From: a virus
Direction: 5' to 3' (one strand)
Virus record (IMG/VR): IMGVR_UViG_3300035565_000042
Location: 19,394 to 83,393 of that record
DNA length: 64,000 nucleotides
This document shows positions 29,720-37,102 of the stretch, one piece after another (within the stretch, counting starts at the first letter, position 1; every line of letters begins with the position of its first letter). A model generated the notes under the pieces. It saw only the letters and a list, made by a program, of their open reading frames with translations. It searched no databases and was not told the DNA's origin. The position numbers were made by a program, and so were the translations under genes.

Positions 29720-30583
29720 TTACTCCTTGTATATCTTCAGAAGCGTGGTAATGGCATCGAGTTCAGTATTTGCATCATCAATCCTGGTCTCGAGTTCACG
29801 TATCTCTGCCTGAAGCAATTTCTTCCTGAGGGTAAGATCAATGATCTTATGCTGTTCGGCAGGCTTTTCGATCTTCTCGACATTATCTTTAAAGCTGAAC
29901 TTCCTGTCCTTTATTCTTTTGATGTCCGGAGAGTCTATTGTCTCTGTTGAATTCAGATCTTCCATTTCTGCAAGAGTCTTGAGAGGACTCTGCGTTATAT
30001 TCTCCGGGGAATGTTCATTCATGCCATTAGCCTCTGGATCTTTTATTTCAGCAGGTTGTGATGCGTTCTGAATTTCTTCATGAAAACCACCTTTCTTTTC
30101 TATCATTTTCAGAAGAGAGTCTTCATATATCATTCCGGCCAGTTCAGAAGTATCACTTTCATTGGCAAATTCTCTCCAATCGAATGTGTCAGTCTTGATC
30201 ATGAATGATACTGCCATGTCCTTCACTACAGTGTCGGAAAGCAAACTATAGCTCTTTGTTTTCACAAAAGAGATGTATGCCTGGTTTACTTTTATCTTGT
30301 CTGCCATCTCTCTTTGTTTGCATTTCAGGTCATCGACAATCGCAATGATCATCTCAGCCATCATGTCAACAAGTTGTTTCTTTGTCTCAGCATTCTCAAA
30401 AACGAATCTTTCAGTTGTCATAATATTGTGTTTAATTGGTTCCTGTTTTTCAGTCATATCAGTTGCCGGCACCAGTTCATCACTCACACGCCTAACAATG
30501 GGCGCATGGGATGTGTCTGGTGCATATTTACCAAGAAAAGTATTGTAATCCATTACACATGGATCGGTTTCGTCTGGCATCAT
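29720..30583 (-). CDS. Protein with putative XRE-type HTH and C-terminal coiled coil
   Basis: LKCKQREMADKIKVNQAYISFVK fits the HTH_3 pattern. Confidence 0.5.
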   Translation of the reverse strand: MMPDETDPCVMDYNTFLGKYAPDTSHAPIVRRVSDELVPATDMTEKQEPIKHNIMTTERFVFENAETKKQLVDMMAEMIIAIVDDLKCKQREMADKIKVNQAYISFVKTKSYSLLSDTVVKDMAVSFMIKTDTFDWREFANESDTSELAGMIYEDSLLKMIEKKGGFHEEIQNASQPAEIKDPEANGMNEHSPENITQSPLKTLAEMEDLNSTETIDSPDIKRIKDRKFSFKDNVEKIEKPAEQHKIIDLTLRKKLLQAEIRELETRIDDANTELDAITTLLKIYKE

Positions 30584-30593
30584 AGCAATATTG

Positions 30594-30794
30594 TTAGTTG
30601 TTTTCTGTAAGCAGAAGATCTGCAGCCTTCAGAAATGTTTCATCTGAATATTCTTTATCACCAGTACGGTCAAGAAGCTCAAATACCTGATTATTTTTCT
30701 TCAGTGCATCTTCAAAGATATGATCAGATAATGATTCTCTGTCTTTAAAGTTTTCTAATAGCCATTTGTGGTAAGCGGTCAGATTTGTTTTCAT
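30594..30794 (-). CDS. Hypothetical protein
   Basis: 66-aa ORF. Confidence 0.45.
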   Translation of the reverse strand: MKTNLTAYHKWLLENFKDRESLSDHIFEDALKKNNQVFELLDRTGDKEYSDETFLKAADLLLTENN

Positions 30795-31200
30795 AAAGAT
30801 ATGTTTTTACTTTTTTCCAATAATCCTTTGTCTTTGGGCCAGAACCATTCCATTTCCTGGCTATTGTCTCCATATCATTCGGCCCTATCTCATTAGCGTA
30901 ATATAGAAACACTTTCTCCGCTTTATGATAATCTCTCATCTCCCAGAGAGTATATCGTATGCCTGTTCGTTTGTAGTAGTCGTTGAGGCGAACCTGTCTT
31001 ATTTGAAAATAACCGAATGCATATTCATTCCAGTTTATCTTCAGAGTATCAAGATTCGTTTCAACTTTACCAATCGCATATATGATTTTCTTATATGGAT
31101 CTATTGCCTTTGCTTTCTCAATATATAGCGTGGTATATCCTGGTGCAAACAGGATCTTGGCTAACATTAGAAAAGCAATGATTAATAGTGCTTGTTTCAT
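30745..31200 (-). CDS. Lysozyme-fold (transglycosylase/i-type lysozyme-like) protein with N-terminal signal/anchor
   Basis: Hydrophobic N-terminus; AIGKVET, AFGYFQI, IARKWNG.GP, YWKKV. Confidence 0.7.
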   Translation of the reverse strand: MKQALLIIAFLMLAKILFAPGYTTLYIEKAKAIDPYKKIIYAIGKVETNLDTLKINWNEYAFGYFQIRQVRLNDYYKRTGIRYTLWEMRDYHKAEKVFLYYANEIGPNDMETIARKWNGSGPKTKDYWKKVKTYLYENKSDRLPQMAIRKL

Positions 31201-31278
31201 TCTTTCTCTTTTTGGTTTATACTCAAAATTTCAAAGATGAAATGACTGTAGATATGATAATTTTCGTGAATTGATTTC

Positions 31279-31294
31279 CTATCATTTGACAGGG
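31279..31294. promoter_or_regulatory. Quasi-palindromic operator-like site CTATCA-TT-TGACAG(GG)
   Basis: Identical 16-mer at 33772-33787 and a 1-mismatch copy at 33815-33830. Lies about 45 bp downstream of a minus-strand TATCTTTG (-7 box) at 31340-31347. Confidence 0.5.
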
Positions 31295-31348
31295 CATATA
31301 TGTGAATATGTTTCACACAAAGAACTGTATACGGAACAACAAAGATAC

Positions 31349-31388
31349 AAAAAAAATGATCCCCCGGTACTAATGACCAGGGAATCAC
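31349..31388 (-). terminator. Intrinsic terminator after SSB-like copy A
   Basis: GUGAUUCCCUGGU-loop-ACCGGGGGAUCAU-U tract on the minus strand. Confidence 0.8.
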
Positions 31389-31415
31389 TCTTTCATCATT
31401 TCACTTGTTTGGTGA

Positions 31416-31988
31416 TTAGCCGTCGATATCTGATGTCTCAACAACTGCAACTGCAGCTTTCTTGAACTGGGATATCCTCAGCTGATCCTTGCCTTCATAG
31501 GGCTCATTGGTGACGTTCACAATGAATTCCTTCTTCTCGGCAATGATTGCATCCAGATCTTCGATACCGGAACCTTCTGCCATTCCCAGTGCAGCAAACA
31601 GCTGGTCCATGATGCCTTCGCATACGGCTGTGTTTGCAGGATCAGGAATTCTGTTCAGTTCCTTGGATTTCGGGTTGACAGCGCAGGCATAGCCTGATAC
31701 GTCTGTGAACTTTCCGCTTTCGATCTCTGCAGCTGAGAGCTTGCTGAATGGTACATAACCTTCCAGGTTGAGCCTGTGGGTTAATCCACCTTTACCTTCA
31801 GTGCTGACAACTGTTATTGCAAGCTGTTCGCAAGGGTTGGTGTAGTCCGGAAGAGTCTCTTTGAGGGTTCCGTCATAGTTGTGAAACGAATCAGTCGGCC
31901 TGAATGATACGAGCCTGACTTTGTTGGCACCGGTAGGCAGTTTTGCGAATACCGGGGTCTTGCTCTTGTAAGAAGCGATTTTTGTCAT
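31416..31988 (-). CDS. Putative OB-fold ssDNA-binding protein (DUF669-like), copy A
   Basis: LPTGANKVRLVS...FIVNVTNEPYEGKDQLRISQF with acidic tail; paralog of 34009-34581. Confidence 0.5.
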   Translation of the reverse strand: MTKIASYKSKTPVFAKLPTGANKVRLVSFRPTDSFHNYDGTLKETLPDYTNPCEQLAITVVSTEGKGGLTHRLNLEGYVPFSKLSAAEIESGKFTDVSGYACAVNPKSKELNRIPDPANTAVCEGIMDQLFAALGMAEGSGIEDLDAIIAEKKEFIVNVTNEPYEGKDQLRISQFKKAAVAVVETSDIDG

Positions 31989-32054
31989 TTTCTTTCTTTT
32001 TGGTTAGACAATTTGAAAATACTCATGATAAAATAATTTACTGGCACATATATC

Positions 32055-32112
32055 AAAAAAGACGCGGGGGGATCATTGAGAAGGTTAACTCAATAATCGA
32101 CAACCCGCGTCT
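32055..32112 (-). terminator. Long hairpin + U tract upstream of copy A
   Basis: AGACGCGGG...CCCGCGTCT outer stem, inner ATTGAG/CTCAAT stem, followed by T6 on the minus strand. Confidence 0.7.
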
Positions 32113-32401
32113 AAAATAAGTCATTGTCTCTGGTCCTCAGGAACGTCTTTCTGGCATTGTTCAGATACCACATCGGACGTGACCTGTCTCACCATTGTGC
32201 ATAACACTTCCTCTGCATTGAATTTATGTACCGTTAACGTTAACGGAACTGCCGTTAAATCTTTATCGGTTGACCGTGTCTTGGTCTATTCCGGTATTTC
32301 ACCGGTGTGAAAGTCTAAACAGGCAATTAAACCTGAAATTATGCGACAATAACTCATCGGTTAATTAACCAATAATCGGGAATAAAATAATTTCTTTGCT
32401 A

Positions 32402-32563
32402 TTACTTTCCTCTCTTTTTATGAGGAAACCTGGCACGCATGTTATTTTCTCTTTTACTCTCCTGAGCTGTCATATACTCATGAAGGTCTTTAGCGCCAGA
32501 TGGCGTGAATATATGTCTGCTTTTCAGAAAAGCAAACGTATCCTTGTTACTGAGCTTTGCCAT
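32402..32563 (-). CDS. Small hypothetical protein (53 aa, below ORF-track cutoff)
   Basis: MAKLSNKDTFAFLKSRHIFTPSG...KKRGK*, directly after the 32568 gene. Confidence 0.45.
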   Translation of the reverse strand: MAKLSNKDTFAFLKSRHIFTPSGAKDLHEYMTAQESKRENNMRARFPHKKRGK

Positions 32564-32567
32564 GATA

Positions 32568-32909
32568 TTATTTGTCTTTTATTAAAAGTTTACAAACTGG
32601 TGAATTCACATACCCTGTCCTCACATACCTGACAGGATCCGATATTATCCCTGCCTCAACAAGTACTGCCAGCATCCCTTCATTCTCACTGTAGTCCTTG
32701 ATGATTACTTCATCATCTGTCATCATCTCTGCCGGCAGGTTTATAGTTGCCACAGCTATATCCTCCATTCCCGGATATGCTATATAGTCATCCTCCCGTA
32801 TGGTATTGGCATTTACCAGGACTATTGCCTTCCTTCCATTGCCATACTCCCTGAGCTGTACATTACACAGCCACTGCCTGAACTGTACCTTCTTCCCTGT
32901 TTCCACCAT
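32568..32909 (-). CDS. DUF4313-like protein
   Basis: ATINLP...IIKDYSENEGML..L..AGII...GYV..PVC. Confidence 0.6.
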   Translation of the reverse strand: MVETGKKVQFRQWLCNVQLREYGNGRKAIVLVNANTIREDDYIAYPGMEDIAVATINLPAEMMTDDEVIIKDYSENEGMLAVLVEAGIISDPVRYVRTGYVNSPVCKLLIKDK

Positions 32910-33120
32910 GACTCAGACCCTCGCATGTTTGTTACTGTTCCTTACATACTTCACTACTGTTATAACAAAGTATGCCACTATCAGTACTGCAGAAGTGATC
33001 TCAATCACTCCCCCTGCATTGCAAGCTATTGTTTCCATCTTTTTCTTCTCTTTGGTTAGACTTTATTATTACTCTATTCATCAATTAACAAAGATAAAAT
33101 AATTACTCTGATATCCTCCC

Positions 33121-33280
33121 AGTTATCTACTCATAGAGTTATCTACTCCATCCACCTGAGTCATCTACTCGATAAAAAAGGGTTCTCTCTGCACTCTTTC
33201 CTTATATTGTATATAATATATATAATCTTTAAAGAATAATATATATAATATTATAAAAAGAAAAGAAAGATAAAGAATAT
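33121..33280. other. Putative replication origin: three 11-bp boxes + AT-rich tract
   Basis: AGTTATCTACT at 33121 and 33137, AGTCATCTACT at 33159, then about 75 bp almost purely A/T with TAATATATATAAT twice. Confidence 0.5.
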
Positions 33281-33539
33281 ACCTAACCTTCCTTCAATCT
33301 TTATATCCCCTTTCAGTAATATTCCATCAATATCCAATCAGTATGTCCCTCAATGACTCCCTTATTACCTCATATACTATCCATTGTTATCCTTTACTAT
33401 CAGTAGTCATCCATAGTCACCCATACCAATCAATCCCCAATACCCCCTCTATCGAACTACTGTCATGGCCACGGGCTTGTTAACATTGAATGTTTATAAC
33501 AATGGAATAGTAATATGTGATGAATGATTATCTTTGTAG

Positions 33540-33640
33540 TCACTCAGATTCATTCTACGAATCATTTCTAACGTATCTGTCCCTGGTAGGAAGTGGCATG
33601 CAAGGCAAGGCTTATGGAATACCAGGGACTCTTCATTTCA
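33540..33640 (+). ncRNA. Candidate small structured RNA
   Basis: Follows a TATCTTTG -7 box (33529-33536); GATTC/GAATC hairpin and a 10-bp GTCCCTGGTA/TACCAGGGAC stem; no ORF. Confidence 0.35.
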
Positions 33641-33838
33641 TCCCACAGCTATTCTCAGAGGGTTTCAGGGCATTTTGATATGAGAGTGGTATGTAGAGAT
33701 GTCTGTATGGTTATCGTGTCTTAAACACCCTCCGTTAACGTACACGATTTAACGGAACATTAACGGTAAAACTATCATTTGACAGGGTAAATACCATTTG
33801 ACGGGCAGGCAACGCTATCATATGACAGGGTGAATATT

Positions 33839-33934
33839 AAAAAAAGAGAGATCATCCAGGGATACGGAATACTTCTTACCGTACCAGCTATCTTTCGCAC
33901 CCATTCTCATAGGTAGATAGACTAATGATCTCTC
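33839..33934 (-). ncRNA. Candidate branched structured RNA ending in a U tract
   Basis: GAGAGATCAT/ATGATCTCTC closing stem enclosing two hairpins, one capped by a GAGA tetraloop. Confidence 0.4.
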
Positions 33935-33954
33935 AAAAATATAATAACTGTATT

Positions 33955-33988
33955 AAAAAAAGAAAGAGGCTTTATTACCTCTCTCTTA
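33955..33988 (-). terminator. Intrinsic terminator after SSB-like copy B
   Basis: Minus strand AGAGAGAGGU-AAUAAA-GCCUCUUUCU-U tract. Confidence 0.75.
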
Positions 33989-34008
33989 AACTGATTACCC
34001 TTCGGCGA

Positions 34009-34581
34009 TTAGCTATCGATGTCTGAAGTCTCGGCTTTCTTGACTGCGACCTTGCCAAACCTCGAGATACGAAGCTGATCACGTCCCTCGAATGGTTCAT
34101 TGGTCACATTGACCGTGAAAGCTTTCTTTTCAGCGATGGCATTGTCGAGTGCCTCGATGCCACTGCCCTCAGGCATTCCGAGTGCTGAAAAGAACTGGTC
34201 GAGAATACCCTCGCAAACCTCGGTGTTCTTGTTATCGATGAGCCTGACCAGCTTGTTGGTTTTGCTGTTGAGCATGCAGGCATAGCCATTGACGTCGATG
34301 TACTCACCGGACTCAATCTGCTTTGCAGACAGTTTTGAGAACGGAACATAACCCTCGAGATTCAGCCTGTGTGTCAGACCGCCGTTGCCGGCAACACTGA
34401 CGACTGTGATAGCGAGTTGTTCGCATGGGTTCTCAAACTCCGGAAGGTTTTCTTTCACCGTGCCGTCGTAGTTGTGAAAGCTGTCTGTGTCCTTGTAGGA
34501 AACAAGACGAACTTCATTCTGACCGAGTGGAAGTTTCATGAAGACCGGAGTCTTCGACTTGTAAGAACTGATTTTTGACAT
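34009..34581 (-). CDS. Putative OB-fold ssDNA-binding protein (DUF669-like), copy B
   Basis: 190 aa, gap-free alignment to copy A, about 72% identical by hand count. Confidence 0.5.
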   Translation of the reverse strand: MSKISSYKSKTPVFMKLPLGQNEVRLVSYKDTDSFHNYDGTVKENLPEFENPCEQLAITVVSVAGNGGLTHRLNLEGYVPFSKLSAKQIESGEYIDVNGYACMLNSKTNKLVRLIDNKNTEVCEGILDQFFSALGMPEGSGIEALDNAIAEKKAFTVNVTNEPFEGRDQLRISRFGKVAVKKAETSDIDS

Positions 34582-34662
34582 TGTGTCAGCCCTCCTAAGG
34601 CTGTGTTTTTGGTTAGTACTAAAGAAAAAATGTCAAGTACAAAATAACTTCTGTACAATATC

Positions 34663-34705
34663 AAAAAATAAGTTGAGAAGGGTTCGATACCCTTTCTCAA
34701 CTTAT
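34663..34705 (-). terminator. Long hairpin + U tract upstream of copy B
   Basis: ATAAGTTGAGAAGGG-TTCGATA-CCCTTTCTCAACTTAT preceded by an A tract on +. Confidence 0.7.
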
Positions 34706-34713
34706 AATTCATC

Positions 34714-34926
34714 TCATGATGTCTTATCATTCATCATCGATACCAGGCATAGTCTTCCCTTTGCATACTGGCTGTCATTCCTGTGCTCTCTTAGCCACCA
34801 TTGGCAAAGACGTTTGGGCTTATCATACATCTCAACTACATTCTCGCTGTATGTACCATAAACCCAAACTACCTTGTAGTTGCTGTTAACAACTACTTGG
34901 CTCTTGATCTTCCCAGTGGAAACCAT
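34714..34926 (-). CDS. Small hypothetical protein
   Basis: 70-aa ORF ending at the hairpin; start uncertain. Confidence 0.4.
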   Translation of the reverse strand: MVSTGKIKSQVVVNSNYKVVWVYGTYSENVVEMYDKPKRLCQWWLREHRNDSQYAKGRLCLVSMMNDKTS

Positions 34927-35084
34927 AATGAGTGAAGATCAGAGATGTGCTTGTCTATTCTCTCTTCTACCATCTTCTTGTCTTCGTAGTTGCGAAGAAT
35001 CTTAACGGTAGCAACGATGTCCTTGCGTTGCGCTCTGCGCTTGGCAATAGGACTGTGAACTGCATAAATGTGTGTCATAATCAT
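34893..35084 (-). CDS. Small hypothetical protein; first gene of the minus arm
   Basis: Preceded by a TAACCAA leader. Confidence 0.4.
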   Translation of the reverse strand: MIMTHIYAVHSPIAKRRAQRKDIVATVKILRNYEDKKMVEERIDKHISDLHSLWFPLGRSRAK

Positions 35085-35265
35085 GATTATTATTGGTTAA
35101 CAGAGATATAATAACTTTCATCCTGTAAGCATTCTTTTTTGGGGCCCCCTTTTGGCAATCAAACACGCCCCCCTGGTCGGTTTCTGTCATAACCACATCA
35201 AAAATGCCAATATTAGGTCAGGGATGCGTTTTTACACAAAAAAAATAATAGGGATGTTAATAAGT

Positions 35266-35298
35266 AGTTATCTACTTGTGATTGCGGAGTGGATAACT
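35266..35298. promoter_or_regulatory. Paired 11-bp boxes, locus 3 (inverted)
   Basis: AGTTATCTACT (35266) and AGTGGATAACT (35288), 22 bp apart, in the divergent intergenic region. Confidence 0.6.
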
Positions 35299-35330
35299 TG
35301 TAATATATTCGCGAGAAGAAAAGGAAGACA

Positions 35331-35717
35331 ATGGAAGAGAAGGAAAGGAAGTTTGTATATCCAGCAGTAAGGATCAATCAGGTATGGTTGGACAGGGACC
35401 ACATGATACTAAGAATGGAGACATGGTTAAGGAAGAAAGAGAGAGGGTTCTTGGGTATTTGGAAAGGGAAGTGGTATCTTCAGAGGTTTTGGAGTGAGTA
35501 TATCATAACTGATGGTACAGATGGGATAATAGCAAGTATGAGTCAGTTTCATGCTACGGTATATAAGTCTGTCATATGTGGGAGAGTTGACAGGAAGATA
35601 GTATTCCCGGGGATTGATGGTCCGGCAAGGAGATTGTTTGAAGATGATCCGGAGCAGATAGATGAGAGGGAAAGGATTGGTGATGGTTTAAGCGGGAGGA
35701 AACATGGCAACAAATAA
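35331..35717 (+). CDS. Hypothetical protein; first gene of the plus arm
   Basis: 128-aa ORF, purine-rich coding strand. Confidence 0.55.
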   Translation: MEEKERKFVYPAVRINQVWLDRDHMILRMETWLRKKERGFLGIWKGKWYLQRFWSEYIITDGTDGIIASMSQFHATVYKSVICGRVDRKIVFPGIDGPARRLFEDDPEQIDERERIGDGLSGRKHGNK

Positions 35718-35958
35718 GTATCATTTGACGGTATATATTAGGCCTGACATACAGAAGAAGTTGAGGTACCTGTGGTTACTGAGCAGGAAGGATGGTCTGG
35801 GGAATGGTGTTGTAGGTAGGAAGAAACTCAAGTTTGGTGAGTTTATTGAGACGGTGATGGAGGAATACCTGGCGAAGAGAAAGGGGATACTGGACAAGTT
35901 GCTTAGTGTGGAGCATGAGGTACTGAGTAGGGAAGAGGAAACTACAAAAGTAGAATAA
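35704..35958 (+). CDS. Putative ribbon-helix-helix DNA-binding protein
   Basis: HLTVYIRPDIQKKLRYL...FGEFIETVMEEYL has the RHH strand-helix-helix pattern. Confidence 0.5.
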   Translation: MATNKYHLTVYIRPDIQKKLRYLWLLSRKDGLGNGVVGRKKLKFGEFIETVMEEYLAKRKGILDKLLSVEHEVLSREEETTKVE

Positions 35959-35999
35959 AAATTATTTTACTTTCGTGGATATTAAAACTGAAAAAAGAT

Positions 36000-36365
36000 T
36001 TGTTTATGGGAATAGATAATCAACAGATGGGAAGTAAGAAGGCAGAGTTATATTATGTAAAGACCAGGGGGATCAGGTATACCGAGCAGGAAGCATCAGA
36101 TCATGGCATCAAGAGAGTGTACAACTACACCAGCGAACTTGAGTTCATGAATGATGAAGACATAGATGGCTGGGTAAAGGGATTGTATGATCCGCGGCAT
36201 AGTGAAGCTGTACTGGTAGAGAGCGCCATAAAGACGATCAATGGAGTTCCCTTGTACATTATGACCTGTATAGTATTCATGTCCATTGAGGGATGTAATC
36301 TGTATTATCTGAGATACCAGAGTGATTTCAAGGAGAACAAGGGATTTGCACATTTACTGAACTAA
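36000..36365 (+). CDS. Hypothetical protein
   Basis: 121-aa ORF. Confidence 0.5.
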   Translation: MFMGIDNQQMGSKKAELYYVKTRGIRYTEQEASDHGIKRVYNYTSELEFMNDEDIDGWVKGLYDPRHSEAVLVESAIKTINGVPLYIMTCIVFMSIEGCNLYYLRYQSDFKENKGFAHLLN

Positions 36366-36394
36366 TTTTTTATATAAACTTAACAATTGTAGTT

Positions 36395-36688
36395 ATGAGT
36401 GAAGAGAAGGAAATTGCACCAAGTAAACCGATATTATTGGAACTGGACTCTATTCGTAAGGATCTGTACGAACTTTCAGATTGCAGATCATCTTTGGAAC
36501 AGATACTTGATCGTTTGCAATCGAATGATAATTTAAACAATCAGTTAAAAGAGGTACCTGACACTGCTAAAGAGAAGGACTGGGATCAGATGTCTATAAA
36601 CGAGAAAGTAACATCTCTCAGAAAAATTTCATCCATACTCTCTCATAAGTTTGGTGAGCTTCACCAGCGGATAGATAGCGCGATTTGA
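36395..36688 (+). CDS. Hypothetical coiled-coil protein
   Basis: 97-aa ORF. Confidence 0.55.
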   Translation: MSEEKEIAPSKPILLELDSIRKDLYELSDCRSSLEQILDRLQSNDNLNNQLKEVPDTAKEKDWDQMSINEKVTSLRKISSILSHKFGELHQRIDSAI

Positions 36689-36734
36689 TCAGTAGCAAGA
36701 AAATTATTATTCTTTCGGGATATATCGAATTTGA

Positions 36735-36847
36735 TAAAGCATACTGTTTTTGGTTAGACAGCAGTCAGGGGCCCGGCACTAAGGTAGCGAAGTGAGACAT
36801 TGGTTGACGACAACATATTAAAGTCCGGGCCACTGACATATTTTTTG
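36735..36847 (+). ncRNA. Candidate antisense sRNA
   Basis: Intergenic; CUGUUU-UUGGUU-AGACAG hairpin, then a branched GUCAGGGGCCCGG/CCGGGCCACUGAC stem and U tract. Confidence 0.45.
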
Positions 36848-36912
36848 ATTACAAGAAAAAAAGTTTAACTTTGATCCTCGATTGATCGATCGTTAAACTA
36901 AACTTAAGCGTC

Positions 36913-37089
36913 ATGACAAAGAAAAAAGATCCAGGCGAACTAAAGAGGAAACCGAAAGGTTCAGTAGTTCCGGTGCCAAAGAAAGAAACCAGTGCTTCTA
37001 AAACAAAGAAAGTTTCAGTATCAGCACCTAATCCTGATGGTATCCTTACGCCAAAGAACAAGGCTCATGTACATACCTTGAGTGAGTAG
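36913..37089 (+). CDS. Small Lys/Pro-rich basic protein (58 aa, missed by ORF track)
   Basis: MTKKKDPGELKRKPKGSVVPVPKKETSASKTKKV...; TAACTTTG -7 box at 36866 and terminator at 37103. Confidence 0.6.
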   Translation: MTKKKDPGELKRKPKGSVVPVPKKETSASKTKKVSVSAPNPDGILTPKNKAHVHTLSE

Positions 37090-37102
37090 CAATGCGTTGA
37101 AC

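Noticed and set aside
5658-32632. Numerous short plus-strand ORFs within the minus arm (and minus-strand ORFs within the plus arms)
   Set aside because: They overlap well-supported genes on the opposite strand and lack motifs or leaders; treated as shadow ORFs.
33846-33934. Hammerhead ribozyme (CUGGAUGA and CGAAA present)
   Set aside because: The core elements are not in the required order relative to the stems, and CUGAnGA is imperfect.
34668-34705. tRNA gene or tRNA-derived attP (GGGTTCGATACCC resembles a T-arm)
   Set aside because: It is a single long hairpin with no D or anticodon arms, better explained as a minus-strand terminator.
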